NCBI GenBank assembly: GCA_963664825.1
Contig: OY761614.1
Location: forward strand, 1,856,001 to 1,920,000
From: an uncultured Holophaga sp.
Lineage (GTDB): Bacteria; Acidobacteriota; Holophagae; Holophagales; Holophagaceae
Reading direction: 5' to 3'
DNA length: 64,000 nt
The notes beneath the pieces are model-generated. The model saw only the letters and a list, made by a program, of their open reading frames with translations, was not told the DNA's origin and made no database searches. Positions 35,105-45,418 of this stretch are shown here, piece after piece; the first letter of the stretch is position 1; each line of letters begins with the position of its first letter. Position numbers and translations under genes: made by a program.

Positions 35105-37936
35105 ATGGATAGCATCACGATCCGCGGTGCCCGGGAGCACAACCTGAAGAACATCGATCTGGTGCTGCCCCGCAACCGGTTGATCGTCATCACGGGGCTA
35201 TCGGGCAGCGGCAAGTCCAGCCTCGCCTTCGATACGCTCTACGCGGAAGGCCAGCGGCGCTATGTGGAGAGCCTCAGCGCCTACGCGCGGCAGTTCCTGG
35301 ACCAGATGGAGAAGCCCGACGTGGATTTCATCGAGGGTCTCAGCCCGGCCATCTCCATCCAGCAGAAGACCACCAGCCGCAACCCGCGTTCCACGGTGGC
35401 CACCGTCACGGAGATCTACGACTACCTGCGCCTGCTCTTCGCCCGCACGGGTAAGCCTGTATGCGTGGAGTGCGGCCAACCCATCGCCAGCCAGACCATC
35501 CAGGAGATGGCCGACCAGATCCTGGCCCAGCCCGAGGGCACGAAGCTTCAGATCCTGGCCCCCATCGTGCGAGGCCGGAAGGGCGAATTCAAGAAGCAGC
35601 TCCAGGATCTGATGAAACGCGGCTACATCCGGGCTCGGGTGAACGGCGAAATGCACGACTTGACCGAAGGGCTGCCGGAGCTGGACAAGCAGAAGAAGCA
35701 CAACCTCGAGGTGGTCATCGATCGTTTGAAGGTGAGTGCAGCCATCCGCACGCGGCTGGCCGATAGTCTGGAGATGGCCTGCAATCTCGCTGAGGGCAGC
35801 GCCCTGGTGGATCTGGACGGGACGGAACGCCTCTTCTCCTCGAAGCTGGCCTGCAATAACGCCAAGTGCGGGCGCTTCGGCCTGGGGCTTCTGGAGCTGG
35901 AACCCCGCAGTTTCTCCTTCAATACGCCCTACGGGGCTTGCACAGCCTGTGATGGCTTGGGCTTCAAGCGCCAGTTCGCCGAAGAGCTGATCGTGCCCAA
36001 CCCGGCCCTCTCCATCAACCAGGGGGCCATTCAGGCCACAGGCTGGAAGAGCGTCGGCGACGACGGATGGCGGGCCCAGATGATGGATCAGCTCGCTTCC
36101 AAGCTGGATTTCAGCCTGGAGGCGCCCTGGAAGAAGCTGCCCGCGGAGATCCGCGAGATCCTGCTCTACGGCAGCACTCGGGCCATGCGCTTCAAATACG
36201 AGAAGGGCCGCAGCAAGTACGAATTCCTCCACACCTTCGAAGGCGTCATCGGCAACCTGGAGCGCCGCTACAAGGAAACCAACAGCGAGGAGGTGCGCGC
36301 CGAGATGGAGGAATCCATGCGCGTCATCCCCTGCGAAACCTGCCAGGGCCAGCGCCTCAAGCCCGAGGTGCTGAGCGTCTTCGTCGGAGGGAAAAATATC
36401 GCCGAAGTGGTGGAGCAGAGCGTCCGCGAATCCAGGTCTTGGTTCACCCGTCTGAAGCTGGACGGACGGGACGTGGCCATTGCTGAAAAGATTCTCAAGG
36501 AGATCAACGAGCGCCTGGGCTTCCTGGATGATGTGGGCTTGGGCTACCTCACGCTGGATCGCAGCGCGGAGACCCTGTCGGGGGGCGAGGGGCAGCGCAT
36601 CCGCTTGGCCACCCAGATCGGTTCGAAGCTCCAGGGGGTCATGTACGTGCTGGACGAGCCCAGCATCGGTCTCCATCAGCGGGATAACCAAAAGCTGCTG
36701 AAGACCCTCAAGGAAATGCGCGATCTGGGCAACACGGTGCTCGTGGTGGAGCACGACCTGGAGACGATCCTGGAGGCCGATTACGTGGTGGATCTGGGGC
36801 CAGGAGCCGGTGAACACGGGGGATGGCTGGTGGCCCAGGGCACGCCTGCTGAGATCGCCCAGCATCCCGATTCCATCACGGGCCACTTCCTCTGCGGCAA
36901 GGAGACCATTCCCTTGCCATGCAAGCGCCGCAAGGCTCAGCGAGGGCACATCCAGGTGCTGGGTGCCCGGGAGAACAATCTCCAGGACATTGACGTGAAG
37001 TTTCCCATCGGCCTCTTCACCTGTGTGACAGGCGTTTCGGGCAGCGGGAAGAGCACGCTGGTCAACGAGATCCTCTACAAGGCCCTCGCCAACCGGCTCC
37101 ATCAGGGGACCCACGTGGTGGGCCAGCACCGGAAGATCCAAGGCCTGGAGCATATTGACAAGGTCATCGATATCGATCAGGCGCCCATTGGTCGGACCCC
37201 CCGCAGCAACCCGGCGACCTATACGGGCCTCTTCACGCCCCTTCGGGAACTCTTCGCCAAGCTCCCCGAGAGCAAGGCGCGGGGCTATGGCGCGTCCCGC
37301 TTCAGTTTCAACGTGAAGGGCGGGCGCTGCGAGAAATGCGAAGGTGATGGCGTCATCCGCATCGAGATGCATTTCCTCCCGGACGTCTATGTCACCTGCG
37401 AACAGTGCAAGGGCAGGCGCTACAACCGCGAGACCCTGGAGGTTCACTACAAGGGCAAGAGCATCTCCGATGTGCTGGCGATGACTGTGGAAGAGGCGCT
37501 GGAGCTCTTCGCGCCCATTCCCGTATTGGCCAACAAGCTCCAGACCCTCCTGGACGTGGGCCTGGGCTACATCCGCCTGGGACAAAGCGCCACCACGCTA
37601 TCCGGCGGCGAAGCCCAGCGGGTGAAGCTCGGCAAGGAACTCTCCAAGCGGGGTACGGGGCGCACGCTCTACATCCTGGACGAGCCCACCACGGGCCTCC
37701 ATCTCAAGGACATCCAGAAGCTGCTGGAAGTGATAAACCGGTTGGTGGAAACCGGCAATACCCTCGTGGTCATCGAGCACAATCTGGACGTCATCAAGAC
37801 GGCCGATTGGATCCTGGACCTGGGTCCCGAAGGCGGGGCCGCCGGTGGTCAGATCGTGGCCGAAGGCACGCCCGAGGATGTGACGAAGAGAAAGGCCAGC
37901 GTCACCGGTCAGTATCTGAAGCCCTACCTGGTGTGA
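35105..37936 (+). CDS. uvrA: Excinuclease ABC subunit A
   Basis: [25 protein letters not shown], two ABC modules, zinc fingers. Confidence 0.98.
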   Translation: MDSITIRGAREHNLKNIDLVLPRNRLIVITGLSGSGKSSLAFDTLYAEGQRRYVESLSAYARQFLDQMEKPDVDFIEGLSPAISIQQKTTSRNPRSTVATVTEIYDYLRLLFARTGKPVCVECGQPIASQTIQEMADQILAQPEGTKLQILAPIVRGRKGEFKKQLQDLMKRGYIRARVNGEMHDLTEGLPELDKQKKHNLEVVIDRLKVSAAIRTRLADSLEMACNLAEGSALVDLDGTERLFSSKLACNNAKCGRFGLGLLELEPRSFSFNTPYGACTACDGLGFKRQFAEELIVPNPALSINQGAIQATGWKSVGDDGWRAQMMDQLASKLDFSLEAPWKKLPAEIREILLYGSTRAMRFKYEKGRSKYEFLHTFEGVIGNLERRYKETNSEEVRAEMEESMRVIPCETCQGQRLKPEVLSVFVGGKNIAEVVEQSVRESRSWFTRLKLDGRDVAIAEKILKEINERLGFLDDVGLGYLTLDRSAETLSGGEGQRIRLATQIGSKLQGVMYVLDEPSIGLHQRDNQKLLKTLKEMRDLGNTVLVVEHDLETILEADYVVDLGPGAGEHGGWLVAQGTPAEIAQHPDSITGHFLCGKETIPLPCKRRKAQRGHIQVLGARENNLQDIDVKFPIGLFTCVTGVSGSGKSTLVNEILYKALANRLHQGTHVVGQHRKIQGLEHIDKVIDIDQAPIGRTPRSNPATYTGLFTPLRELFAKLPESKARGYGASRFSFNVKGGRCEKCEGDGVIRIEMHFLPDVYVTCEQCKGRRYNRETLEVHYKGKSISDVLAMTVEEALELFAPIPVLANKLQTLLDVGLGYIRLGQSATTLSGGEAQRVKLGKELSKRGTGRTLYILDEPTTGLHLKDIQKLLEVINRLVETGNTLVVIEHNLDVIKTADWILDLGPEGGAAGGQIVAEGTPEDVTKRKASVTGQYLKPYLV

Positions 37937-38105
37937 ACGCAGACGTGATGTCCGGGCTTCGCCTGGACATCACGTGGGGGTCAAAGGGGGGACACGGGGC
38001 CCGCCTCTAATCGCACAACGCGCGATTAGGAGCAGGCTCAGTGGAGCCTGCGATAGGCGGGAAGCGAACTCTAGCGAGCGGTCCCCTCTTTCATGGCAAA
38101 TGGGC

Positions 38106-38288
38106 TCAGGCGCTGGTATCCATCCTGGAGCCGATGCCTGTGCTCTGGTTCATCATCTGGACGAGCTGCAGGGCCTGGGTGGACTGGGCATCCAGGGCCT
38201 TCTTCAGCACCAGGACGCCCGCCGATTCTTGTGTGATCGCCTGGTTCTGGGCAGAGACCGAAGCGGGGGTAATGCCTTGCACGTCCAT
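38106..38288 (-). CDS. YjfB-family putative motility protein
   Basis: VLKKALD.Q...A.QL...GIG...D pattern; follows csrA. Confidence 0.7.
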   Translation of the reverse strand: MDVQGITPASVSAQNQAITQESAGVLVLKKALDAQSTQALQLVQMMNQSTGIGSRMDTSA

Positions 38289-38307
38289 GGGAACTCCAGA
38301 CCCTTCC

Positions 38308-38568
38308 TTATCGGTGCTTGGTCAACCGGACTTTAGGGGCACTGCCGCGCAGGAGGGCGGCGGCTTCCTGGATGGGCACCCCCGGGGTGGGGGTCGCGGC
38401 GCGGTTGGCGGCGGCGATGGCCTCGAAGACTTCGCTGCGGTGGACCTGGACTTCCCGGGGGGCCTTGATGCCCAGGCGCACACCCTCCTTGGTGATGCCC
38501 ACGACCATCACTTCGATATTGCCATTGATGATGATGGATTCGTCAGCCTTGCGGGTAATGACGAGCAC
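38308..38568 (-). CDS. csrA: Carbon storage regulator
   Basis: MLVITRK..ESIII..VRLGIKAPREVQVHRSEV. Confidence 0.95.
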   Translation of the reverse strand: MLVITRKADESIIINGNIEVMVVGITKEGVRLGIKAPREVQVHRSEVFEAIAAANRAATPTPGVPIQEAAALLRGSAPKVRLTKHR

Positions 38569-38636
38569 GAGGGGAGCCTCCTTGGGGCCGTTACGAAGTA
38601 CGCAATGCTTTCCGGATTTGTTATCCCTGGCAACGA

Positions 38637-39416
38637 CTAGCGACCCGCGAGGATGGGGAACTGGAGGGGGTAGGTCTCGGTATTCAGCACCACCTGTCGG
38701 CCGATGCGGGTCTTGCCGTTGATGACCAGGGGGCCCGCCAGGTTGGCGGTCATCTTCCGGGGATCCTCCGGGATGACCACCAGGGCCAGGACCAGGGCGT
38801 CGATGGGCGCCTCCAGGGCGAGGATCGCCGCATCCTCTTCCCCCAGCGGTACCTCGTAATCCGGCTGGATGGCCGCCACGTCCATACAGGTGAAGGAGAT
38901 GTCGGGTTCATCCACGGATTGAAGGAACTTGAGAGGATAGCCCCCTGCGGGTTCGAAGAGACGAAAGGAGCGGATCCGAGGGAAGCCCACCAGGCCCGCC
39001 GGAAAGGTGATCAACACCTCCTCCTTGGCATTGAATACGGGGTATTGGAGTTGGAACTGTTTGCTGTCCAGGACCACCTGAACGCCGATGCGGGTGCGGG
39101 TATTGATGACCAGGGGGCCGGCCAGATCGGCCGTCATCTGGCTGGGATCGGCGGGCACGACCATCAGCAGGAGCACCAGCGCGTCCTGGGGGGACTCCAG
39201 GGAAAGCACCTGGGCCACGGAATCCTCCAGGGGCACCTCGTAGTCCATCTTCACGGCTGCGGCGTCCATGCAGGTGAAGGAGAGATCGGGGTCTTCGGTG
39301 CTTTGGAGGAACTTGAGGGGATACCCATCGACGGGTTCGAAGAGCTGGAATGCCTTCCGATCCGGAAATCCGATGAGACCCTGGGGAAAACGGATGATCA
39401 CTTCGTCCTGGGACAT
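38637..39416 (-). CDS. fliW: Flagellar assembly factor FliW with two tandem domains
   Basis: FPQGLIGF..FLQS..MTADLAGPLVIN and FPAGLVGF..FLQS..MTANLAGPLVIN; adjacent to csrA. Confidence 0.9.
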   Translation of the reverse strand: MSQDEVIIRFPQGLIGFPDRKAFQLFEPVDGYPLKFLQSTEDPDLSFTCMDAAAVKMDYEVPLEDSVAQVLSLESPQDALVLLLMVVPADPSQMTADLAGPLVINTRTRIGVQVVLDSKQFQLQYPVFNAKEEVLITFPAGLVGFPRIRSFRLFEPAGGYPLKFLQSVDEPDISFTCMDVAAIQPDYEVPLGEEDAAILALEAPIDALVLALVVIPEDPRKMTANLAGPLVINGKTRIGRQVVLNTETYPLQFPILAGR

Positions 39417-39486
39417 GGCGGCCTCCGAACACTACGGACAAGGCATCGGCTGGGCCGGGGCCTGGTGTTAGTTTAGGCAGAGATCC

Positions 39487-40371
39487 TTAGGAACCGAATA
39501 CATCCCAGAGCGCGTCCAGGCGCTTGGCCCGGAAGCGGGGGTTGGGGATGCAGCGTTCCAGAGCCTCCTTGGATTTGGGAGGATGCTGGACCCGGGCGAG
39601 GATCCAGCGGTTTCCCAGCTCCATCACTGCGGCCACATCCCCCTCGTTGCCCCATTTGAGGCGCAGCTCGGAAAGCAGGTGGGCGCGATGCTCGGCGAGG
39701 GCGCCCAGGCCCATGGATCGGGCCTTTTCCACCACAGGGTGGCGCTCCGGCACCCGGTAGTGATGGATGCGGTTCACCAGATGGCGGATCTCCATGGGCA
39801 GGCGCGCGAGGCGGGGGCCGATCTCGGGATCCTCCTTGCGCAGTTCAGCCTCTTCGGCGAGGCGCCGCAGGAGGGGCAGCAGCAGGGCCGCGTCCCGGGC
39901 CGCATAGCTGATCTGGGAGGACCGGAGGGGCCTCAGCATCCAATTGCTATCCTGCTCTTCCTTCGGGATCTCGATGCCCAGCTTCAGCCGGGCTAGCGTC
40001 TTGAGTCCCGGCTGGGGATAGCCCAGGGCCCTGGCCAAGAGCATCGTATCCATCACGCCGCAGGGCATCACGTCATAGAGCCGCTTGAACACGATGCCAT
40101 CGCCGGAAAAATCGTGGGCGATCCAGGGAATTTCCGCCAAGGCCCGCATGGCGGGCTTCATTAGCGGCCCCAGCGCGATGGGGTCCACGAGCCAGGCCTG
40201 CTCGTGGCTCGCGATCTGAACGAGGGCCATGGCGCAGTGGTGAAAGCCCGTCAGGCTGCACTCCACATCGACTGCCAGGAGGTGGGCCGCGAACCAGTCG
40301 GGCAGCACAACCCCCAGTTTCTCGGGAGTGTCGACGAAGGTGATCGGGAGGTCGTAGCGAGTGAGCGCCAT
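39487..40371 (-). CDS. RNase D-like 3'-5' exonuclease
   Basis: AVDVE, LVQIA, MDT, KEEQDSNW..RPL..Q..YAARD. Confidence 0.8.
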   Translation of the reverse strand: MALTRYDLPITFVDTPEKLGVVLPDWFAAHLLAVDVECSLTGFHHCAMALVQIASHEQAWLVDPIALGPLMKPAMRALAEIPWIAHDFSGDGIVFKRLYDVMPCGVMDTMLLARALGYPQPGLKTLARLKLGIEIPKEEQDSNWMLRPLRSSQISYAARDAALLLPLLRRLAEEAELRKEDPEIGPRLARLPMEIRHLVNRIHHYRVPERHPVVEKARSMGLGALAEHRAHLLSELRLKWGNEGDVAAVMELGNRWILARVQHPPKSKEALERCIPNPRFRAKRLDALWDVFGS

Positions 40372-40450
40372 GAAGACAGTGTGCGACTTTTTCCCGCGGT
40401 TCCAAAGTCGGAATGCGGCGGACCAGCGCTACCATTGCCCGGGGGCGAGG

Positions 40451-40720
40451 ATGAACAAGGCACTCTTCTGGACGACATTCGGAACCGTCTTCCTGGCGGA
40501 GCTGGGCGATAAGACCCAGCTCGCCGCCATGACGGCGACGGCGAAGAGTGGCGCCATCCTGACGGTCTTCTGCGCGGCCAGCGCCGCCCTCGTCTGTGCC
40601 ACGGCCGTGGGTGTCCTGGTGGGAGGCGCGCTCTTCAAACTGGTGCCCGAATTCCTGATCAAGTATCTCGCGGGCTCGCTCTTCATCGGCGTGGGGATCT
40701 GGGTGATCGTGAAGGGCTGA
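40451..40720 (+). CDS. TMEM165/GDT1 (UPF0016) family protein
   Basis: FLAELGDKTQLA signature, 3 TMs. Confidence 0.9.
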   Translation: MNKALFWTTFGTVFLAELGDKTQLAAMTATAKSGAILTVFCAASAALVCATAVGVLVGGALFKLVPEFLIKYLAGSLFIGVGIWVIVKG

Positions 40721-40745
40721 GCCGAAGGTGCAGTTCCCGGCGGCC

Positions 40746-41462
40746 TCAGCGTCCCAGCTGGAACTGCACGGCCCCCAGGATGGCCGCCGGGCAGGTGACG
40801 GCCCGCAGGATACTCGCCCCCAGGGAGATCGGGGCCCAGCCCGCGTCCCGGAGGGCAGATATCTCCCCATCGGTGATGCCGCCCTCGGGGCCGTGGGTGA
40901 AGGCGAGTCCTTCGCGGCGGAGGGTCGGGTTGAGTTCCTCCGTGCGGAGTTCATAGGCCACCCACTTCTGGGAGAGATCCCAATCCAGCAGGGCCTGGAA
41001 GGGAATGGGATCCCGCAATTCGGGGATGGTGCTGCGGTGGCTCTGTTCGCAGGCGGCTACCACGATGCGCCGCCATCGCTCCAGCCGGGGGCCGATCTTC
41101 CGGCTCTCGTACTGGCTGCGGGCGAAGACCACGGGCTGGATGAGCGTGACCCCCAGTTCCACCGCCCCCGGCAACCATTCGTCCCACAGCGATAACTGAG
41201 CCGTGAGGGGCAGGCAGGCGTGGATCGGGATGGGCGGTTCCCGGTTCTCCTCCAGGTGGGCCACCAACCGCGCGGTGGCGCCGTGCCTCCCCAGTTCGGC
41301 GAGATCAGCCTTCCAGGGTCCCGGGGGCAGGAGCAGTTCCAGGGCATCCCCCGGCTGGAGGCGCAGGACGGCCAGGTGTCGCGCCTGTTCCGGTTCCAGA
41401 GGGACGAGGGTGTTCTCGGCAGGAATACCCGGGAAGGCCAGGACGAAGCGGGGTAGGCTCAC
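40746..41462 (-). CDS. rsmE: 16S rRNA m3U1498 methyltransferase
   Basis: HLAVLRL, ELGV, AACEQSHR, GPEGG, SLGASILRA. Confidence 0.9.
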   Translation of the reverse strand: MSLPRFVLAFPGIPAENTLVPLEPEQARHLAVLRLQPGDALELLLPPGPWKADLAELGRHGATARLVAHLEENREPPIPIHACLPLTAQLSLWDEWLPGAVELGVTLIQPVVFARSQYESRKIGPRLERWRRIVVAACEQSHRSTIPELRDPIPFQALLDWDLSQKWVAYELRTEELNPTLRREGLAFTHGPEGGITDGEISALRDAGWAPISLGASILRAVTCPAAILGAVQFQLGR

Positions 41463-41536
41463 GCGGCACTTCCTGTGCCGCGCCCTACGGGCGCCGCCTG
41501 AGGCGGCGTGGCCCTCCGCTCCTGCTTCGGGATCAT
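41459..41536 (-). repeat. 78-bp structured repeat / mini-ORF at the rsmE start
   Basis: Homologous to 59402-59479, with compensatory hairpin changes. Confidence 0.75.
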
Positions 41537-41671
41537 GCGGCACCTCCCGACCGCCGGGTGAGGGCCAACGCTTCGCGAATGGGGGGGAAGAACATGGGAC
41601 TCTCCAGAGGAATCTCTGATTCTAGCGGCGCTCTGGGACTAGGCCGATAAACTGGAGGCTTCGGAGGCTCC

Positions 41672-42643
41672 GTGTTTACTGTTCTGCTCCAATCCGCACC
41701 TCTTTGGGCTTGGCTGGGCTTTCATGCCCTGGTCTTCGTGATGCTGGCGCTGGATCTGGGGGTCTTCAATCGGCGCGTCCATGCCCCGAGTTTTCGCGAG
41801 GCGGCCGTCTGGAGTGCCGTGTGGATCACCCTCGCCTTAGTCTTCAACGGCATCATCTTCCACTGGATGGGTCCCCTCAAGGGCACGGAATGGCTCACGG
41901 GCTATGTGCTGGAGAAGAGCCTGAGTGTGGACAATCTCTTCGTGTTCGTCATGCTCTTCGCAGCCTTCGGCGTGGAGATGAAGAACCAGCACCGCATCCT
42001 CTACTGGGGCATCCTGGGGGCGCTCATCATGCGGGCCGCTATGATCCTGATGGGCACGGCCCTGCTGAACCGCTTCGAATGGATGATGTACGTCTTCGGC
42101 GCCTTCCTGGTCTATACCGGCATCAAGATGTTCTTCGTGGAGGAAGCGGAGTCCGACCCCACCAAGAATGGCATCGTGCGGGCCTTCCGGAAGTTCGTGC
42201 CCTTCGATCCCGAGGGCGGACATCAGCATCTCTTCACGTTGAAGCACCACCGGATGTACGCCACACCCATGCTGCTGGTGCTGATCTCCATCGAAGTCTC
42301 GGATCTCATCTTCGCCGTCGATAGCATTCCGGCGGTGCTGGCCATCACCCGGGATCCCTTCGTGGTCTACACCTCGAACATCTTCGCCATCTTGGGCCTG
42401 CGCAGCCTCTACTTCCTCTTGGCCAAGATGATGGATCGCTTCCATCGCCTGAAGGTGGGGCTGGCCGTCATCCTCACCTTCGTGGGCATCAAGATGTGCG
42501 CGGCGCACTGGCTCAAAGTCTGGATGGGCGTTTCGGACCAGGGGCTGATCCTGGTCAGCCTCCTGTTCATCACCGCCGCCCTGGCCGGCAGCATCGTCGC
42601 CAGCCTGGCCTGGCCCGCGGAACACCCCGGGGACAAGTCGTGA
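41672..42643 (+). CDS. TerC/Alx family membrane protein
   Basis: GYVLEKSLSVDNLFVF, DLIFAVDSIPA, SNIFAILGLRSLYF. Confidence 0.95.
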   Translation: MFTVLLQSAPLWAWLGFHALVFVMLALDLGVFNRRVHAPSFREAAVWSAVWITLALVFNGIIFHWMGPLKGTEWLTGYVLEKSLSVDNLFVFVMLFAAFGVEMKNQHRILYWGILGALIMRAAMILMGTALLNRFEWMMYVFGAFLVYTGIKMFFVEEAESDPTKNGIVRAFRKFVPFDPEGGHQHLFTLKHHRMYATPMLLVLISIEVSDLIFAVDSIPAVLAITRDPFVVYTSNIFAILGLRSLYFLLAKMMDRFHRLKVGLAVILTFVGIKMCAAHWLKVWMGVSDQGLILVSLLFITAALAGSIVASLAWPAEHPGDKS

Positions 42644-43578
42644 AGGTCTGGCGCCATGGCCTGGAAGAGGCCCCCCTCCATTCGGGTCCCACCGTCCTCA
42701 CATTGGGTAATTTCGATGGCCTCCATACGGGCCATCGGGAACTCCTCTCCCTGGCCGTGCGCCGCGCCAAGGAGCGGGGCATCACGGCCACCGTGGTCAC
42801 CTTCGATCCCCACCCGACGGTGGTGGTGGCGCCGGAGCGGAGACCCAAGCAACTCACGACTCTGACCCAGCGCCTGGCGGCCTTCGAGGCCGTGGGTTTG
42901 GATCTCGCCTGGGTGATCCCCTTCAGTCGGGCCTTTTCCCAACAGAGCGCTCAGAGTTTCCTGACGTCCCTGGACCGGGTGTTGGAACCCGTGGAACTCC
43001 ATGTGGGGCGCGCCTTTCGTTTCGGGCGGGACCGGCTGGGGGATCTCCTGGCCCTGGAGGAATGGGGTCTGGAGGCCGGCGTCAAGGTCATGCCCCACGC
43101 CTTCAAGGCCTACGACGAGGGGTGGCTCTCCAGCACCCGGGTCCGGGAGGCCCTCGAATGGGGCGATGTGGACGAGGCTCTCCGCCTTCTGGGTCGGCCG
43201 TACGCCATCACGGGGGTGGTGGTGGAGGGCGATCGCCGGGGCCGCCATCTGGGCTTTCCCACGGCCAATCTCCAATGGGAGCAGGAACAGCTGCCCGGCT
43301 TCGGCGTCTATGTGACCGAGGTGCGAGGCCCCCGGCTGGTCCATCCCCGCCTGGGCCTTACCAACGTGGGCCAGAAACCCACCTTCCAGGGACAGAACCT
43401 CAGCATCGAGACCTTCCTGCCGGATTTCGATGGCGATCTCTATGGCGCCAGGCTAGAACTGGCCTTCCTTCATCGCATCCGAGGGGAAGAGCGCTTCGAG
43501 GGCGTGGAGGCCCTGCGCGAGCGCATCGCCCGGGACGTGGAAACGGGGAGGACGTGGTGGAGGGAACGCCGGGGATGA
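42640..43578 (+). CDS. ribF: Bifunctional riboflavin kinase / FAD synthetase
   Basis: LGNFDGLHTGH, TFDPHP, SSTRVR, GRHLGFPTAN, NVGQKPT. Confidence 0.95.
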   Translation: MKVWRHGLEEAPLHSGPTVLTLGNFDGLHTGHRELLSLAVRRAKERGITATVVTFDPHPTVVVAPERRPKQLTTLTQRLAAFEAVGLDLAWVIPFSRAFSQQSAQSFLTSLDRVLEPVELHVGRAFRFGRDRLGDLLALEEWGLEAGVKVMPHAFKAYDEGWLSSTRVREALEWGDVDEALRLLGRPYAITGVVVEGDRRGRHLGFPTANLQWEQEQLPGFGVYVTEVRGPRLVHPRLGLTNVGQKPTFQGQNLSIETFLPDFDGDLYGARLELAFLHRIRGEERFEGVEALRERIARDVETGRTWWRERRG

Positions 43579-43681
43579 CCCAGCGGGTCTTCTTCGCCGC
43601 CCTGCGGCTCAGGGCTGAATCCACCGGCGCCCGTGGCGCGGCCAGGCCCGCCTCCGGCCCTGAGGCTCCGTTGTGACGACG

Positions 43682-44209
43682 ATGCGTTTGTTCTTCGCCC
43701 TGGACCCGTCTCGAACGCTGAAGGAAGGGCTGATCGCCTTCCAGGCCTCCCATCCGGCCCTGCCCTGGACCGACCCCTGGAGGCTGCATCTCACCCTGGC
43801 CTTCCTGGGGGAGCTTCCAGAAGAGAGGCTTCCGTCCCTAAGGGAGATCGGGACCCGGGTCGCGGAATGCTGCGCGCCCCTCACGCTCCGCACGGCGGAG
43901 TTGGGGGGCTTTCAGCGTCCTTCCAGGGCCCGAGTCCTGTGGCTCGGAGTGGAGAAAAATCCCGCACTGGAATCCCTGGCGGCGGGGCTCCGAGAGGCGC
44001 TTCAGCGGGAGGGCCTCCCGCTGGATGGGAAACCCTTCGCGGCCCATCTGACCGTGGCCCGTTTCCGGGTCCCGACGGATATCGCGTTCTTGGAGCCTGC
44101 GCCGGAACCCCTTGTCTTCCAGGTTCCGGAACTGGTCCTCCTCCGCAGCCATCTGGGGCCCCAAGGGTCTCGCTACGAGAGGATTTGCGCCTTTCCCTTC
44201 CAGGGATGA
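43682..44209 (+). CDS. thpR: RNA 2',3'-cyclic phosphodiesterase
   Basis: MRLFFAL and two HLT motifs. Confidence 0.9.
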   Translation: MRLFFALDPSRTLKEGLIAFQASHPALPWTDPWRLHLTLAFLGELPEERLPSLREIGTRVAECCAPLTLRTAELGGFQRPSRARVLWLGVEKNPALESLAAGLREALQREGLPLDGKPFAAHLTVARFRVPTDIAFLEPAPEPLVFQVPELVLLRSHLGPQGSRYERICAFPFQG

Positions 44210-44244
44210 GGCGCGATCCTTTTCTAGGAGGCTATCTCCCGCGG

Positions 44245-44922
44245 TCAGATGCTGGCCAGCACCTTCTCGAAGGAAGGGTCGGCGCGGTCCTTGAAGAGGG
44301 CCTTGTATTCGGCATAGTCATGCCACGCCTGATCCCGGTCCCCCTTCAGGCGGTGGAGTTCCAACAGGGTGGTCCAGTAGAGGGGGGCCCAGGGCGTATC
44401 GGGCTTGGCGGCATGGCGCAGGGGCTGGAGGGTCGAGGCCACGGCGTCGGCCTGGCCTAGGGCGAGCTGCCGCTGGGCCGTGCGCAGCCGGGCCCAGGGG
44501 TCCGTACCCTCAGGCGCCTGGGGAGCCTTGCCGTCCAGTTGGAGGCGCCAGGAGGCCAGGAGACCCTGGGTGGTGGCCGTGGCTGCGCTCGGGGCGCGCT
44601 TGGCCAGGGCCTCGAGTTGAGGCAGGTGGGCCCGCATGCGCTGCTCCAGCTCAGCGGGGGGCACGGGGCTCAGGCCATCCCCTTGCACTTCCGTGAGGAG
44701 TTCGGCCACGGCCACCTCGTGCTTCTCGAGCACATTGGCGCGCCAGGCCAGGAAGCCGAAGGTGCCCAGCACCAGGACGGCCACGATGCCCGCCCCGATG
44801 AGCAGGGGCTTGAGGAGGGTGATCTGGGAGTCCTCGCCCCGGGCCAGCTTCTGCTGAAAGGCTTGCAGGCTCTGGGCCGGCTTCTGGACCTGGATTTCCT
44901 TGCTCTTGGGATTGGTGGCCAT
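44245..44922 (-). CDS. Membrane-anchored helical protein (YfgM/TPR-like)
   Basis: Single N-terminal TM followed by all-helical region. Confidence 0.55.
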   Translation of the reverse strand: MATNPKSKEIQVQKPAQSLQAFQQKLARGEDSQITLLKPLLIGAGIVAVLVLGTFGFLAWRANVLEKHEVAVAELLTEVQGDGLSPVPPAELEQRMRAHLPQLEALAKRAPSAATATTQGLLASWRLQLDGKAPQAPEGTDPWARLRTAQRQLALGQADAVASTLQPLRHAAKPDTPWAPLYWTTLLELHRLKGDRDQAWHDYAEYKALFKDRADPSFEKVLASI

Positions 44923-44972
44923 TCCGTATGCTCCGAAGCTCCCAGGATGCCCCAGCACCCCTTCCATCGCAC

Positions 44973-45000
44973 TTGAAAAAGCGCCCATCCCTGATAACCT
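44973..45000 (+). promoter_or_regulatory. Sigma-70-type promoter for tRNA-Phe
   Basis: TTGAAA-16 bp-TAACCT, 10 bp before the tRNA. Confidence 0.5.
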
Positions 45001-45010
45001 GACTGTTCCC

Positions 45011-45086
45011 GCCTGGGTAGCTCAGTTGGTAGAGCAATGGACTGAAAATCCATGTGTCGACGGTTCGATTCCGCCTCCAGGCACCA
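45011..45086 (+). tRNA. tRNA-Phe(GAA)
   Basis: Acceptor GCCTGGG/TCCAGGC, anticodon arm ATGGA-CTGAAAA-TCCAT, GTTCGATT, CCA. Confidence 0.95.
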
Positions 45087-45124
45087 AAACGAATGTGGCC
45101 CCTCCGCGGGGCCACATTCGTTTT
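45086..45124 (+). terminator. Intrinsic terminator after tRNA-Phe
   Basis: AAAACGAATGTGGCCCC-TCCGC-GGGGCCACATTCGTTTT. Confidence 0.8.
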
Positions 45125-45348
45125 GGGGAGGCAGAATCGAATCACAGGACCCTGGACTCGGGCCCTGACGGAGGAGGACCGACGACGGAAGCGGGTCCTA
45201 GGGGCCGTGCGGCCGAGCCAGCTGCGAGAGCCGCGCCAGCGAGGGATTCCGCCAGCCACCCAGATATTGAATCTCGCTGGCTTGTCCGCGTCCTCCGATC
45301 GAAGGCCCCGGGGGTGGGTTCAGGGCGGCAACCTCGGCGCCCAGAATG

Positions 45349-45387
45349 TTTCTAGAAAAAAAGTTCTAGAACTATTTTTCTAGAAAG
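45349..45387. promoter_or_regulatory. Probable BlaI-family operator region
   Basis: Three TTCTAGAA palindromes in an AT-rich dyad directly upstream of the BlaI-family gene. Confidence 0.5.
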
Positions 45388-45418
45388 CTCATTCTACTTC
45401 TGACGATACGGAGCGAGC

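Noticed and set aside
35198..37585. Long antisense ORFs (795 aa opposite uvrA; likewise 5060-7048, 55555-57861, 48497-49891)
   Set aside because: Shadow ORFs caused by high-GC codon bias opposite well-supported genes
41600..41671. yybP-ykoY Mn riboswitch ahead of the TerC/Alx gene
   Set aside because: Leader is short and I cannot see the conserved four-way junction motifs
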